Positions 8,896 through 18,224 are shown, counted from the first letter of the stretch. The stretch is DNA of 64,000 nt from Oscillospiraceae bacterium (GCA_902796905.1 CADBQU010000032.1:992-64991); one strand, 5' to 3'. Numbers and translations: made by a program. Notes: generated by a model not told the origin, from the sequence alone.

Positions 8896-10173
8896 TCAGT
8901 TTTTATTTTGTAAATTTTTGTTTTGTTCTATTAAATTATCGCTTATAATATCCAGCTGCTCTTTGCCTTCAATTTTATCAACAATATCGCTTTGCTGCGG
9001 AACCTCTTTACTGTTTTTAAACGCCGCCTTTAACATTATGGGCGTAAATACCGCACAGCAAACTACCATAATTACTATAGGTCCGAAAAGCGAAGAGCCT
9101 ATTATTCCTAGGCTTAAACCTTTATTTGCAACTATAAGCGCCACTTCTCCGCGGCAAGCCATTCCGCAGCCTACCTGCAAGGCTTCTTTATTGTTATAGC
9201 CCGAAAGCCTTGCGCCTATTCCGCAGCCTATTATTTTGCCCAAAATAGCGGTTAAAGTAAATACAACCGCAAATAAAATTAAACCTATGCTCATACTTGG
9301 GATTGTAACCTTTAAGCCTATAGACGCAAAAAATATGGGGGTTAAAAACATATATTGAACGGGTTCGAATTTTGCCGAAATATATTCGGCTTTTTTAGTG
9401 GCGGCAATAATAAGACCCGCGCTGAAAGCGCCTATAATATCTGCAACGCCGAAAATCTCTTCGGCAACAAATGCAAACAAAAGGCACAACACAAAAGCCG
9501 CTATGGGGTATCTGTGTAAATTTTTACTTTGCTTGTGTTCTGTATATTTATTAAAAAGTTTAGGGAAAATTAAATAAACCACCGTTACAAACACAAAGAA
9601 CAAAATAATTTTTAATATTACCAAAAATATATTAACCTTTACGCCCGCAAGGCTTGTAACTACGGTAAGCGCTATTAAACCCAAAAAGTCGTCTATAATA
9701 GCGGCGGCAAGAATAGTGTTGCCTACATTTGTAGAAAGCTTTCCCATTTCTTTTAAAGCTTCTACGGTAATGCTTACGGATGTGGCCGTTAAAATTACGC
9801 CTAAAAATACATGGCTTAAAATTGCGGATTTATCCGAACCGCCTATATTAAACAAAAAGCCTACCAAAGTACCGCCTATTAACGGAACTATAACGCCCAG
9901 TAAAGCTACCAAAAAACCGGATTTGCCGGCATTTTTAAGGTCTTTAATATCCGTGGTCATTCCTGCGGCAAACATTATAACAATAACGCCCATCTCCGAA
10001 AGCGAAGAAAGCACCGAAGTTTGCGAAATAACGTTTAACAAGCAAGGACCGAAAACAAGTCCTGCCAAAAGCGCCCCCACTACCTGCGGCATATGGAATT
10101 TATTGGTGATAAGCCCAAAAACCTTTGTACTTATTAAAATTATTGCAATATCCAATAAAAACCTATAACTCAT
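8896..10173 (-). CDS. Cation:proton antiporter (CPA2 / NapA-Kef type)
   Basis: About 12 predicted TM helices, with N-terminal region 'GLITNKFHMPQVVGALLAGLVFGP'. Start placed at the second in-frame ATG (10173), which has GGGGGA 6 nt upstream. Confidence 0.85.
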   Translation of the reverse strand: MSYRFLLDIAIILISTKVFGLITNKFHMPQVVGALLAGLVFGPCLLNVISQTSVLSSLSEMGVIVIMFAAGMTTDIKDLKNAGKSGFLVALLGVIVPLIGGTLVGFLFNIGGSDKSAILSHVFLGVILTATSVSITVEALKEMGKLSTNVGNTILAAAIIDDFLGLIALTVVTSLAGVKVNIFLVILKIILFFVFVTVVYLIFPKLFNKYTEHKQSKNLHRYPIAAFVLCLLFAFVAEEIFGVADIIGAFSAGLIIAATKKAEYISAKFEPVQYMFLTPIFFASIGLKVTIPSMSIGLILFAVVFTLTAILGKIIGCGIGARLSGYNNKEALQVGCGMACRGEVALIVANKGLSLGIIGSSLFGPIVIMVVCCAVFTPIMLKAAFKNSKEVPQQSDIVDKIEGKEQLDIISDNLIEQNKNLQNKN

Positions 10174-10234
10174 TAAAATTCCCCCAAACATAATTACAAC
10201 TTTTTAATTATGGCACTAAAAAAAGCGGTTGTCA

Positions 10235-10346
10235 AGTATTGCAACAAAAGTATTGCAACAAAAGTATTGCAACAAAAGTATTGCAACAAAAGTATAGCAA
10301 TAAAAGTATAGCAATAAAAGTATTGCAATAAAAGTATTGCAACAAA
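10235..10346. repeat. Tandem repeat, 8 x 14 bp (agtattgcaacaaa)
   Basis: Eight head-to-tail units. Units 5-7 carry point variants (agtatagcaataaa x2, agtattgcaataaa). Lies in the divergent promoter region between the antiporter and the GNAT gene. Confidence 0.95.
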
Positions 10347-10621
10347 ATATATTTTGTTTTTTATTTTTAAAATTTTTAGGTCAATATAAAAATTTATAAT
10401 ATAAAAATTTATATTGTAAAATTTATTTTATAATATATGATGTAAACATATTATTTTAAAATAGCGGTTTAAAAGTATATTTAAAATATACCGTCTTGAC
10501 AATCGGCGGTTTGACAGGTATGCTAAAAACAGTAAAGTAAAATTTTACCCATATAATATAAAAATTATTTTGCCGTATTTTTTACGGTTTTAAAAAATAT
10601 ATTTAAAAGGAGCAATTTAAA

Positions 10622-11413
10622 ATGAATTACCTCCGAATTACAAAAGACAATATTGAAAAAGAACATATTTGCTGTGCTATGTCCGGCAAACAAAGCACAG
10701 CAAAAAAAGAATGGCTTAAAAAGCAGTTTGACGAAGGTCTTGTTTTTTACAGAAGCGAAGAACGCGGCAAATGTTTTATTGAATATATTCCCGCAGAAAA
10801 CGCCTGGGTACCCATTAAAGCCAACGGATATATTTACATAAACTGCTTATGGGTTTCGGGTTCTTTAAAAGGAAAAGGTTACTCCAACGATTTACTCGAC
10901 GAATGTATTAAAGACGCTAAAGCCAATGGATATAAAGGGCTGTGCATTTTATCGTCCGAAGGCCGAAAACGCGAATTTTTATCCGACCCTAAATATTTAA
11001 TGCATAAAGGTTTTAAAATTGCCGACACCTCGGATTGCGGAATTATTCTTATGTATTTGCCTTTTAATACGAATACAGCTTTAACCAAAAATGCAAATAC
11101 AAATGCAGATACAAATTTTGATGTGCCTGAATTTAAAGAATGCGCAAAACATCCAAAGGCAGAAAACAACGGATTTGTTTTATACTATACCGACCAATGC
11201 CCGTTTACCTATTACTGGGTGCCAAGGGTACAGCAAACCGCAAAAGAGCATAACATTCCTTTAAAAGTTATACATATTAAAGATAAACAATCCGCTCAAA
11301 ACGTACCGGCGCCCGTTACAACCTATGCATTATTTGAAAACGGAAAATTTATCACACAGGGAATACAATCGGATAAAAAATTTTTGGCTCTTGCAGAAAA
11401 GTGCAAACAATAA
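10622..11413 (+). CDS. GNAT-type N-acetyltransferase with YoaP-like C-terminal domain
   Basis: 263 aa. 'INCLWVSGSLKGKGYSNDLLDECIKDAK' resembles the acetyl-CoA-binding segment. Overall layout is like B. subtilis YoaP. AAGGAG Shine-Dalgarno. Confidence 0.55.
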   Translation: MNYLRITKDNIEKEHICCAMSGKQSTAKKEWLKKQFDEGLVFYRSEERGKCFIEYIPAENAWVPIKANGYIYINCLWVSGSLKGKGYSNDLLDECIKDAKANGYKGLCILSSEGRKREFLSDPKYLMHKGFKIADTSDCGIILMYLPFNTNTALTKNANTNADTNFDVPEFKECAKHPKAENNGFVLYYTDQCPFTYYWVPRVQQTAKEHNIPLKVIHIKDKQSAQNVPAPVTTYALFENGKFITQGIQSDKKFLALAEKCKQ

Positions 11414-11432
11414 TAAAGTAAAAACAAGCAAA

Positions 11433-11524
11433 GGCGGCAAGCCCCCCAAAAAACATTTATGTTTTTTGGGCAAAAGCCAAGGCTTTTGCAAAGCCCGAAT
11501 TTTTCGGGCTTTGGGCTTGCCGCC
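11433..11524 (+). repeat. FWJ intergenic element, order A-B-C
   Basis: Outer stem ggcggcaagccc/gggcttgccgcc. Hairpins cccaaaaaaca..tgttttttggg, caaaagcc-aa-ggcttttg and caaagcccgaa-ttt-ttcgggctttg. Confidence 0.9.
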
Positions 11525-11560
11525 GCAAAACCAAACGCAAAACAAAGGGGAAGCAAAAAA

Positions 11561-12475
11561 ATGAATAATCTTATTCAAATAGAGCATTTAAATAAGCGTT
11601 TCGGCGAAATACAAGCGGTTAACGACCTAAGCTTTAATGTAAAAGAAGGGGAACTGTTTGCCTTTTTGGGCGTAAACGGTGCAGGAAAATCCACCACCAT
11701 AAATATTCTTTGCGGTCAGTTACCCAAAGACAGCGGAACCGTTAATATATGTCAAACAGATTTAGATACCGACACCGGCAATATTAAACGCAATTTAGGC
11801 GTGGTTTTTCAAAACTCCGTATTGGATAAGGATTTATCCGTGCGTGATAATTTGCAAAGCAGAGCGGCTCTTTACGGCATACACGGAAAAAACTTTAAAT
11901 TGCGTTTGGCAGAACTTGCCGAGCTTTTGGACTTTACAAACCTGCTTAAACGTCCGGTAGGTAAGCTTTCCGGCGGACAAAGGCGAAGAATTGATATTGC
12001 CAGAGCTTTACTGCACAAACCTAAAATTTTAGTATTGGACGAGCCCACTACGGGACTTGACCCGCAAACAAGAAATCTTCTTTGGGCAGTGGTAGATAAA
12101 CTGAGACGTGAAGAAAAGCTTACGGTTTTTTTAACCACTCATTATATGGAAGAAGCGGCGGAAGCCGATTATGTAATAATACTCGATCACGGCAAAATTG
12201 CCGCGAAAGGCACGCCCCTTACACTTAAAAACACTTACACAGGAGATTATATTACCGTTTATAACCAAAACGAAACCGAAATTAAAAAGCTGGATATGCC
12301 GTACAAAACCCTAAAAGACGCGTTCCGCGTATCCGTTCCCAATACTGCGGCGGCTACGGATTTAATTTTAAAATTCCCCGAAATATTTAACGATTATGAA
12401 ATTACCAAAGGAAAAATGGATGACGTTTTTCTTGCCGTAACAGGAAAAGGACTAACGGGAGGTATAGAGAATTGA
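11561..12475 (+). CDS. ABC transporter ATP-binding protein (ABC-2 type)
   Basis: Walker A 'GVNGAGKST', signature 'LSGGQRRR', Walker B 'ILVLDEPT'. Start moved to the ATG at 11561, because the track ORF start at 11459 runs through the repeat element. Confidence 0.9.
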   Translation: MNNLIQIEHLNKRFGEIQAVNDLSFNVKEGELFAFLGVNGAGKSTTINILCGQLPKDSGTVNICQTDLDTDTGNIKRNLGVVFQNSVLDKDLSVRDNLQSRAALYGIHGKNFKLRLAELAELLDFTNLLKRPVGKLSGGQRRRIDIARALLHKPKILVLDEPTTGLDPQTRNLLWAVVDKLRREEKLTVFLTTHYMEEAAEADYVIILDHGKIAAKGTPLTLKNTYTGDYITVYNQNETEIKKLDMPYKTLKDAFRVSVPNTAAATDLILKFPEIFNDYEITKGKMDDVFLAVTGKGLTGGIEN

Positions 12476-13374
12476 CAGGACTGGGAACGCTTATTAAGCG
12501 CAACACAAAACTGTATTTTAAAGATAAAGGAATGTTTTTTACATCCCTTATTACACCGGCAATACTGCTGGTACTGTACAGCACTTTTCTTGCAAACATA
12601 TACGAAAGCAGCTTTCGCTCTTTTTGGGAAGCTGCAGGTGTAAAAGTTTCCGATAAATTACTCAAGGGTTGCGTAGGGGGAGAATTAATTTCTTCTCTTT
12701 TGGCGGTCAGCTGCGTAACGGTTGCTTTTTGTTCAAATCTTTTAATGGTGCAGGACAAAGTAAACGGAGCCAAAAAAGATTTAACCATAGCGCCCATAAA
12801 GACCGGAACTTTAGCGCTGAGTTATTATGCGTCCACTTTAATTTCTACGCTTATTATTAACCTTGCGGCGCTTGTTATGTGTCTTTTATATTTGGCAAAG
12901 GTAGGCTGGTTTTTAACGGTAGGGGATGTAACGCTTCTTGCAGCCGACGTAATACTTTTGGCACTGTTCGGAACGGCGCTTTCTTCTTGCATTATATTTC
13001 CGCTTACAACCCAAGGGCAGGCCAGTGCCATAGGTACGGTTATAAGCGCGGGATACGGTTTTATATGCGGAGCATATATGCCTGTTTCGAGTTTTTCAAG
13101 CGGATTACAAAAAATAATTTCTTTTTTACCCGGAACCTACGGCACCGGTTTATTGAGAAACCATGCATTGCACGGTGTATTTAAAGAAATGGAAAGTTTA
13201 GGCTTTCCGTTAAAAATGATAGACTCAATACGCGACAGCGTAGATTGCAATTTGTATTTTTTCGGCAACAAAGTATCTTTAAGTGCTATGTATATTGTAT
13301 TAATTGCAACCATTGCTGCAGCTGTTTTGCTATATGTGGCAATTAATATGCTGCTTGCCAAAAAGCACAAATAA
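12472..13374 (+). CDS. ABC-2 family transporter permease
   Basis: 300 aa with about 6 TM helices. The TTG start overlaps the ATPase stop (aTTGA). Confidence 0.8.
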   Translation: MTGLGTLIKRNTKLYFKDKGMFFTSLITPAILLVLYSTFLANIYESSFRSFWEAAGVKVSDKLLKGCVGGELISSLLAVSCVTVAFCSNLLMVQDKVNGAKKDLTIAPIKTGTLALSYYASTLISTLIINLAALVMCLLYLAKVGWFLTVGDVTLLAADVILLALFGTALSSCIIFPLTTQGQASAIGTVISAGYGFICGAYMPVSSFSSGLQKIISFLPGTYGTGLLRNHALHGVFKEMESLGFPLKMIDSIRDSVDCNLYFFGNKVSLSAMYIVLIATIAAAVLLYVAINMLLAKKHK

Positions 13375-13387
13375 TAAAAATATTTAC

Positions 13388-13496
13388 GGGGCGCCAAGCC
13401 CAAATCCCGAAAGCATCTTTCGGGATTTGGCAAAAGCTTTAAAGCTTTTGCGCCGTACAAAGCCTTTTTGGCTTTGTACGGCGAGCTTGGCGCCCC
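13388..13496. repeat. FWJ intergenic element, variant (C-B-C')
   Basis: 12-bp outer stem ggggcgccaagc/gcttggcgcccc. Hairpins ccaaatcccgaaa..tttcgggatttgg, caaaagct-ttaa-agcttttg and cgccgtacaaagcc-ttttt-ggctttgtacggcg. Confidence 0.9.
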
Positions 13497-13513
13497 TAAC
13501 AACCTAAAAATAA

Positions 13514-13560
13514 AACAACCCAAAAGTTAAAAACCTTTTCGGGTTGTTTTTGTTTTTTGC
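13514..13560. terminator. Bidirectional terminator between the ABC-2 operon and polA
   Basis: aacaacccaaaag / cttttcgggttgtt hairpin, flanked by T-runs when read on either strand. Confidence 0.5.
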
Positions 13561-13619
13561 TATTTTTGTTTTTTATTTAAACAAAATACTTGTAACACTA
13601 CGGTTGCCGATTGCTTTAT

Positions 13620-16298
13620 CTATGCTTTGGCCTTAAGCCAGGTTTTGCCATCGTTTGCAGAGGATATTAAAGGTACTTTTAATTTTGCCGCATTTTGCAT
13701 TTCTTCTTCTAAAATACGCTTTGCTTTTTCCTTATCTTTAACATCGCTTTCCAAAATAAGTTCATCGTGAATCTGCAAAATCAAATCGGCGTTAATTTTT
13801 TCCTCTTTTAATCTTTTATATACATTTACCATAGCTATTTTAATAATATCCGCAGCGGTGCCCTGTATAGGCATATTTCTTGCAACCCTTTCGCCAAAAG
13901 CCCTTATCATATGATTACTGTTTTTAAGCTCCGGCAAATATCGGCGCCTGTTGTAAAGGCTGGTAACAAATCCCTGTTCTTTGGCTTTTTCTACTACTTC
14001 TTCCATATATTTTTCAATATTGGGATAAGTATTAAAATACCCCTTTATAAGCTCCGCGGCTTCATTCCTCGAAATGCCTATATCTTTTGCAAGCGAAAAA
14101 GCTCCTATGCCATAAACTATACCGAAATTAACCGCTTTTGCTCTGCTTCTTAAAGCAGGTGTTATAAATTTTTCGGGTAAATTAAAAACCTTTGAAGCGG
14201 TTATGGTATGAATATCCTCGTTTGACAAAAACGCCTCTATCATATTTTTATCATTTGCTATCGAAGCCAAAACCCTTAACTCTATTTGAGAATAATCGGC
14301 GTCTATTAAAGTTTTTCCTTCTCTTGCAACAAAAAATTTCCTTAATTTTTTACCTTCTTCTCTTCGTACGGGAATATTCTGCAAATTAGGTTCCAACGAA
14401 CTTATTCTGCCTGTTTTTGTTTCGGTTTGATTAAATGTTGTGTGAATTACTCCGTTTTTGTCAGCATTTTTTAAAAGACCGTCGCAATAGGTGCTTTTAA
14501 GCTTTGCAATAACTCTGTACTCTAAAATTTTAGGTATAATTTCGTGTTGGTCTTTTAAAGACTCCAAAACCTCGGCGGAAGTTGAATATCCCGATTTTGT
14601 TTTCTTTTTTGCCGGAAGATTTAATTTTTCAAATAATATAACTCCCAACTGTTTAGGAGAATTAACATTAAATTTTTCGCCCGCAAGATTTTCTATTTCC
14701 GTAAGCAGTTGAGAAAGCCGTATTTCAAGCTCTTCATCCATATTTTTTAATCCTGTTTTATCAATTTTAAATCCCACGGTTTCCATATCCGCCAAAACAA
14801 GACTTAAAGGCATTTCCACATCGCAAAAAAGTTTGTACTGATTAGTTTCTTTTAAAAGCTCTTTTAATTTATAAAAAAGCAAATATCCTTTTACGGCTTC
14901 GGTTTCGGCCGCCGTAATTAAAAGCTCTTCATTTGTATTTTCTTCTTTTGCGCTTTCTTCTTTTTCTTTACCGTTTTCTGTTTTTGAATTTTCGATTTTG
15001 GTATTAAAAACACCTATATATTCGTTAAACATCCCTTCGGTTTTATAATTGCTTTTGTCGGGACTTAATAAATACCCTGCCAAAGAGCAATCAAATAAAG
15101 CCAACGGCAATAAAACATTTTTTTCGTTTTCCTTTTTCTCTTCGTTTTTACTTTCGCTTTCTTTTGTGCCGTTAACGGTATTGTTTTTTAAAAGTATTTT
15201 ATAAATTTCTTTTGAATTGGAAGTTACGATGTTTTTTATATTTGCTTTTAAAAATTCTTCGGTTTGTTCTTTGTTTAAAGTATCAAAGCCGTTTTTAAAA
15301 GCTATAGCCGAACCGTTTTCGGTTAAATTTACAAAAACCGCTCCCTTGGTATATCGGCATTTTTTAAAAAGTAATTCGCTTTCTTCCAAAGAGGAGCTTT
15401 TAGCGGAAGTTTCGTCTTCTGTAGGTTCGTTCTGAAGATTGTATTTTTCCAAAAGCTTAAAAAATTCCAGCTTTCTTAAAAGCTTTGCGGTTTCTTTTTT
15501 ATTTACCGGTTTAAATTTATAATCGTTAAAGTTTAACGAAATAGGAACCTCTTTATATATTGTACCTAAAAAATAACTTAAATAAGCGTTTTCTTTATCT
15601 TTAATAAGTTTTGTTCTTACGCCTTCTTTTATTAACGGGCTGTTTATATTTTCATATACTCCGTTTAAAGACCCAAAGTTTTTAATAAGCTCTATTCCCG
15701 TTTTTTCGCCTATTCCGGCTACGCCCGGAATTTTATCCGACTGATCTCCCATAAGCGCTTTTAAATCTATTAACTGTTTTGGAGTTAAACCGTATTTTTC
15801 CAGTACTGTTTCGGGAGTCATTTTTAAAATTTCGGGTCTTGCGAATTTTGTGGTGGCAAGCAAAACGGAAGTTTCTTTAGATACCAATTGCAAGCTGTCT
15901 TTATCGCCGGTAGAAATAACACAAACATTTTCGTTTTGTTCGGCAGAAAAACTTAAAGTGCCCAAAATATCGTCCGCTTCGTAACCTTCTTTTTCTAAAC
16001 AGGTATAGCCTAAATCCGTTAAAAGTTCTTTTAAAATAGGCACTTGCATTCGTAATTCTTCGGGCATAGGTTTTCTTCCTGCTTTATAACCAGCATATTT
16101 TTTATGCCTAAAAGTAGGGCTTTTAAGGTCAAAAGCTATAACCGCTCCGTCCGGATTTTCGGTTTCCAGCAGTTTGTTTAAAATATTCATAAACCCGTAA
16201 ATTCCGTTGGTGTAAATACCGGTTTTGGTTGAAAGTAATTTTATTCCGTAAAAAGCTCGGTTTATTATACTGTTGCCGTCTACAGCCAAAAGTTTCAT
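13620..16298 (-). CDS. polA: DNA polymerase I
   Basis: 892 aa. 5'-nuclease N-terminus. Pol motifs 'DYSQIELR', 'RSRAKAVNFGIVYG' and 'QIHDELILE'. The central 3'-5' exo-like region lacks a DxE motif and carries a K/E/N-rich insert. AAGGAG Shine-Dalgarno. Confidence 0.97.
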   Translation of the reverse strand: MKLLAVDGNSIINRAFYGIKLLSTKTGIYTNGIYGFMNILNKLLETENPDGAVIAFDLKSPTFRHKKYAGYKAGRKPMPEELRMQVPILKELLTDLGYTCLEKEGYEADDILGTLSFSAEQNENVCVISTGDKDSLQLVSKETSVLLATTKFARPEILKMTPETVLEKYGLTPKQLIDLKALMGDQSDKIPGVAGIGEKTGIELIKNFGSLNGVYENINSPLIKEGVRTKLIKDKENAYLSYFLGTIYKEVPISLNFNDYKFKPVNKKETAKLLRKLEFFKLLEKYNLQNEPTEDETSAKSSSLEESELLFKKCRYTKGAVFVNLTENGSAIAFKNGFDTLNKEQTEEFLKANIKNIVTSNSKEIYKILLKNNTVNGTKESESKNEEKKENEKNVLLPLALFDCSLAGYLLSPDKSNYKTEGMFNEYIGVFNTKIENSKTENGKEKEESAKEENTNEELLITAAETEAVKGYLLFYKLKELLKETNQYKLFCDVEMPLSLVLADMETVGFKIDKTGLKNMDEELEIRLSQLLTEIENLAGEKFNVNSPKQLGVILFEKLNLPAKKKTKSGYSTSAEVLESLKDQHEIIPKILEYRVIAKLKSTYCDGLLKNADKNGVIHTTFNQTETKTGRISSLEPNLQNIPVRREEGKKLRKFFVAREGKTLIDADYSQIELRVLASIANDKNMIEAFLSNEDIHTITASKVFNLPEKFITPALRSRAKAVNFGIVYGIGAFSLAKDIGISRNEAAELIKGYFNTYPNIEKYMEEVVEKAKEQGFVTSLYNRRRYLPELKNSNHMIRAFGERVARNMPIQGTAADIIKIAMVNVYKRLKEEKINADLILQIHDELILESDVKDKEKAKRILEEEMQNAAKLKVPLISSANDGKTWLKAKA

Positions 16299-16407
16299 AA
16301 TTTACTCCTTAAACAAAAAATAAAGCATTATATCGGTGTAATTATTATACCAAATTATCTTTTAAAAAACAAATCTTTATGTTAAAATAAAAAAGGAACT
16401 TTTTATT

Positions 16408-16491
16408 GGGCGGCAGCCCCCAAAAAAAATTGTTTTTGGGGCAAAAGCTTTTAAAGCTTTTGCAAAGCTCAAAGAGCTTTGGGCTGCCGCC
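16408..16491 (+). repeat. FWJ intergenic element, order A-B-C
   Basis: Outer stem gggcggcagcc/ggctgccgcc. Hairpins ccccaaaaa..tttttgggg, caaaagctt-ttaa-agcttttg and caaagctc-aaa-gagctttg. Confidence 0.9.
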
Positions 16492-16492
16492 A

Positions 16493-16769
16493 TAGTGTGA
16501 CAGGACTCGAATCTGCCGCGGTTTCGCTCGCCGCATTTTAGATTGCGGCTTTGCGTTCATTTTTGCAAGGCGTTAGCCTTGCTGCAAATTTCTCGCTTCG
16601 CCGAATAAAAAATCCTGCGGCAGAAACTTTTAACCTATCGAAACTGAAAATTTTGTTATAAGACGAAGCCGATAAAACGCAGGAATACTGTCGTATTTCA
16701 AGTTTTGAGGCAATGTATTATACAAAATTTTGTTTCGTAGGCGTGACAGGTTCGAGTCCTGTCACACTA
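16493..16769. ncRNA. Candidate structured RNA (or MITE-like element) with a tRNA-type T-arm; family not recognised
   Basis: Perfect 19-bp terminal pairing: tagtgtgacaggactcgaa (16493-16511) with ttcgagtcctgtcacacta (16751-16769). Alternative local T-arm acagg-ttcgagt-cctgt (16746-16762). Internal helices 16513-16519/16617-16623, 16530-16535/16544-16549, 16565-16571/16576-16582 (loop gtta) and 16639-16656/16722-16737. Confidence 0.35.
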
Positions 16770-16875
16770 GGCAAGCGAGAATAATCCGAATTTTAAAAAC
16801 ACAATAAAAATAAAAAGCCAAAAAACAATAAAAAAATAAAGAAAATCAAAAATTTAAAAAACAACGGAAAATTAA

Positions 16876-17922
16876 ATGAACACAAAAAACAACAAAAATA
16901 ACATAAACAATTTAAACAATACAAATAATATAAACAACCTAAAAGATATAACCGATATAAAAGATTTTTTTGCAAACGGAAATATACCTGTAGCCTTGGC
17001 ACCTATGGCAGGATGCGCCGACAGGGCGTTTAGAGAAATTTGTATGGAATTCGGCGCTTCGTTTTGCGTGGGAGAACTTTGCAGTGCAAAAGGCGTTTCT
17101 TTAAACGATAAAAAAAGCGAAGAGCTTTTATTTGTTTCGGAAAAAGAAAGACCTATGGGAACTCAGCTTTTCGGCTCGGATACAGACGCATTAAAAATTG
17201 CGGCGCAAAAAGCGTTAAAATACAACCCTTCTTTTTTAGATATAAATATGGGTTGTCCGGCGCCTAAAGTAATATCCTCCGGAGGTGGCTCGGCACTTTT
17301 AAAAAATCCTCAAAAAGCAGCCGAAACAGTAAAGGCTTTAAAAAAAGTTTTAAACAATAAAATCCCTTTAACCTGTAAAATAAGAATAGGTTATGACCAA
17401 AACAGTATAAACGCCGTTTTTTTTGCAAAGGAGCTTGAAAAAGCCGGTGCCGATATGATAACCGTACACGGCAGAACAAAAGACCAAATGTACCGTCCCG
17501 GAATAAACTTTAACGAAATTAAAAATGTAAAACAAGCGCTTAAAATTCCGGTTATTGCCAACGGAGACATTACGGACGGCGCAACCGCAAAATATATGCT
17601 TGATAAAACCGGTGCCGACGGCATAATGATAGGCAGGGCCGCTTTGGGCAATCCTTTTATTTTTAAAGAGGTTAAAGCATATTTAAAAGGAGAAAACTAC
17701 ATTAAACCAAAAAACAGCCAAAAGGCGGAAATATTAATTTATCAGGCAGAAAAAATGCTTAAATACAAAGACCCTCATAATGCGCTTTTGGAAATACGCA
17801 AACATGCGGCATGGTACATTAAAGGTATTAAAAACGCCGCTTTTTTAAGGCAAAAATGTTTTAATATAAATTCTTTAAACGACGTTAAAGAAATAGCTTT
17901 TATTTTTTCAAAATCCGAATAA
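16876..17922 (+). CDS. dus: tRNA-dihydrouridine synthase (DusB-like) with Asn-rich N-terminal extension
   Basis: 'LAPMAGCADRAFR', 'DINMGCP' and 'ITVHGRT' motifs. The first ~30 aa are N/K-rich low complexity. Confidence 0.9.
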   Translation: MNTKNNKNNINNLNNTNNINNLKDITDIKDFFANGNIPVALAPMAGCADRAFREICMEFGASFCVGELCSAKGVSLNDKKSEELLFVSEKERPMGTQLFGSDTDALKIAAQKALKYNPSFLDINMGCPAPKVISSGGGSALLKNPQKAAETVKALKKVLNNKIPLTCKIRIGYDQNSINAVFFAKELEKAGADMITVHGRTKDQMYRPGINFNEIKNVKQALKIPVIANGDITDGATAKYMLDKTGADGIMIGRAALGNPFIFKEVKAYLKGENYIKPKNSQKAEILIYQAEKMLKYKDPHNALLEIRKHAAWYIKGIKNAAFLRQKCFNINSLNDVKEIAFIFSKSE

Positions 17923-17949
17923 TTACCCACCGCAATTATAATTTTCTAC

Positions 17950-18060
17950 GGCGGCGAGCCTTTTTTAAAAACAAAAATTTTTTTATTTTTGTTTTTAAAA
18001 TAAAATTAAAGCCAAAGCTTTAATTTTACAAAAGCCCTTTGGGCTTTTGGGCTCGCCGCC
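17950..18060 (+). repeat. FWJ intergenic element, order A-B'-C
   Basis: Outer stem ggcggcgagcc/ggctcgccgcc. Hairpins aaaaacaaaaat..atttttgttttt, taaaattaaagcc-aa-ggctttaatttta and caaaagccc-ttt-gggcttttg. Confidence 0.9.
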
Positions 18061-18224
18061 CTTTATATTTTTTACCGTTCTTTTTTACCGTCCTTTTTAT
18101 TTTTCCCCGTTTAAAACCGTTAAAAAAGTTATAATGTATCATTATTAAAAATATATTTTAATAAAAAGATATGTTTTAGCGTATTTTTATTTAATATTAA
18201 AATATTAAAATTTTCGGAGAAAAA

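Noticed and set aside
13620-16298. Loss of the 3'-5' exonuclease motifs in PolA as a novelty
   Set aside because: Exo-deficient PolI proteins with a vestigial exo domain are well known in Firmicutes (Bst-type). This is noted in the feature evidence only.
16493-16570. Minus-strand tRNA, possibly a suppressor with a CUA-containing loop (gccgca-atctaaaa-tgcggc) and a long variable arm
   Set aside because: The anticodon loop would be 8 nt, the T-stem has a mismatch, there is no D-arm, and the 5' acceptor strand is about 270 nt away rather than adjacent. The resemblance comes from the inverted repeat of the real T-arm-like sequence.
16493-16769. tmRNA (ssrA) call, because of tRNA-like ends, a GGACUCGAA-like 5' segment and a large structured interior
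   Set aside because: The acceptor would be UAGUGUG/CACACUA, with no G3:U70 pair and no GGGG 5' end. No CCA or ACCA follows (the sequence is ggca). I could not find a resume codon with a tag reading frame ending in the usual hydrophobic ..LAA-type tail.
16493-16769. Retron msr/msd locus (flanking inverted repeats around a structured non-coding region)
   Set aside because: No reverse-transcriptase gene lies on either side. The neighbours are polA and dus.
7481-16785. The two copies of ctgtYacactaggcaaRcRagaataat as attL/attR of a 9-kb integrated element
   Set aside because: The interval contains core single-copy genes (rnpB, polA), has host-like composition, carries several FWJ repeats, and has no integrase.
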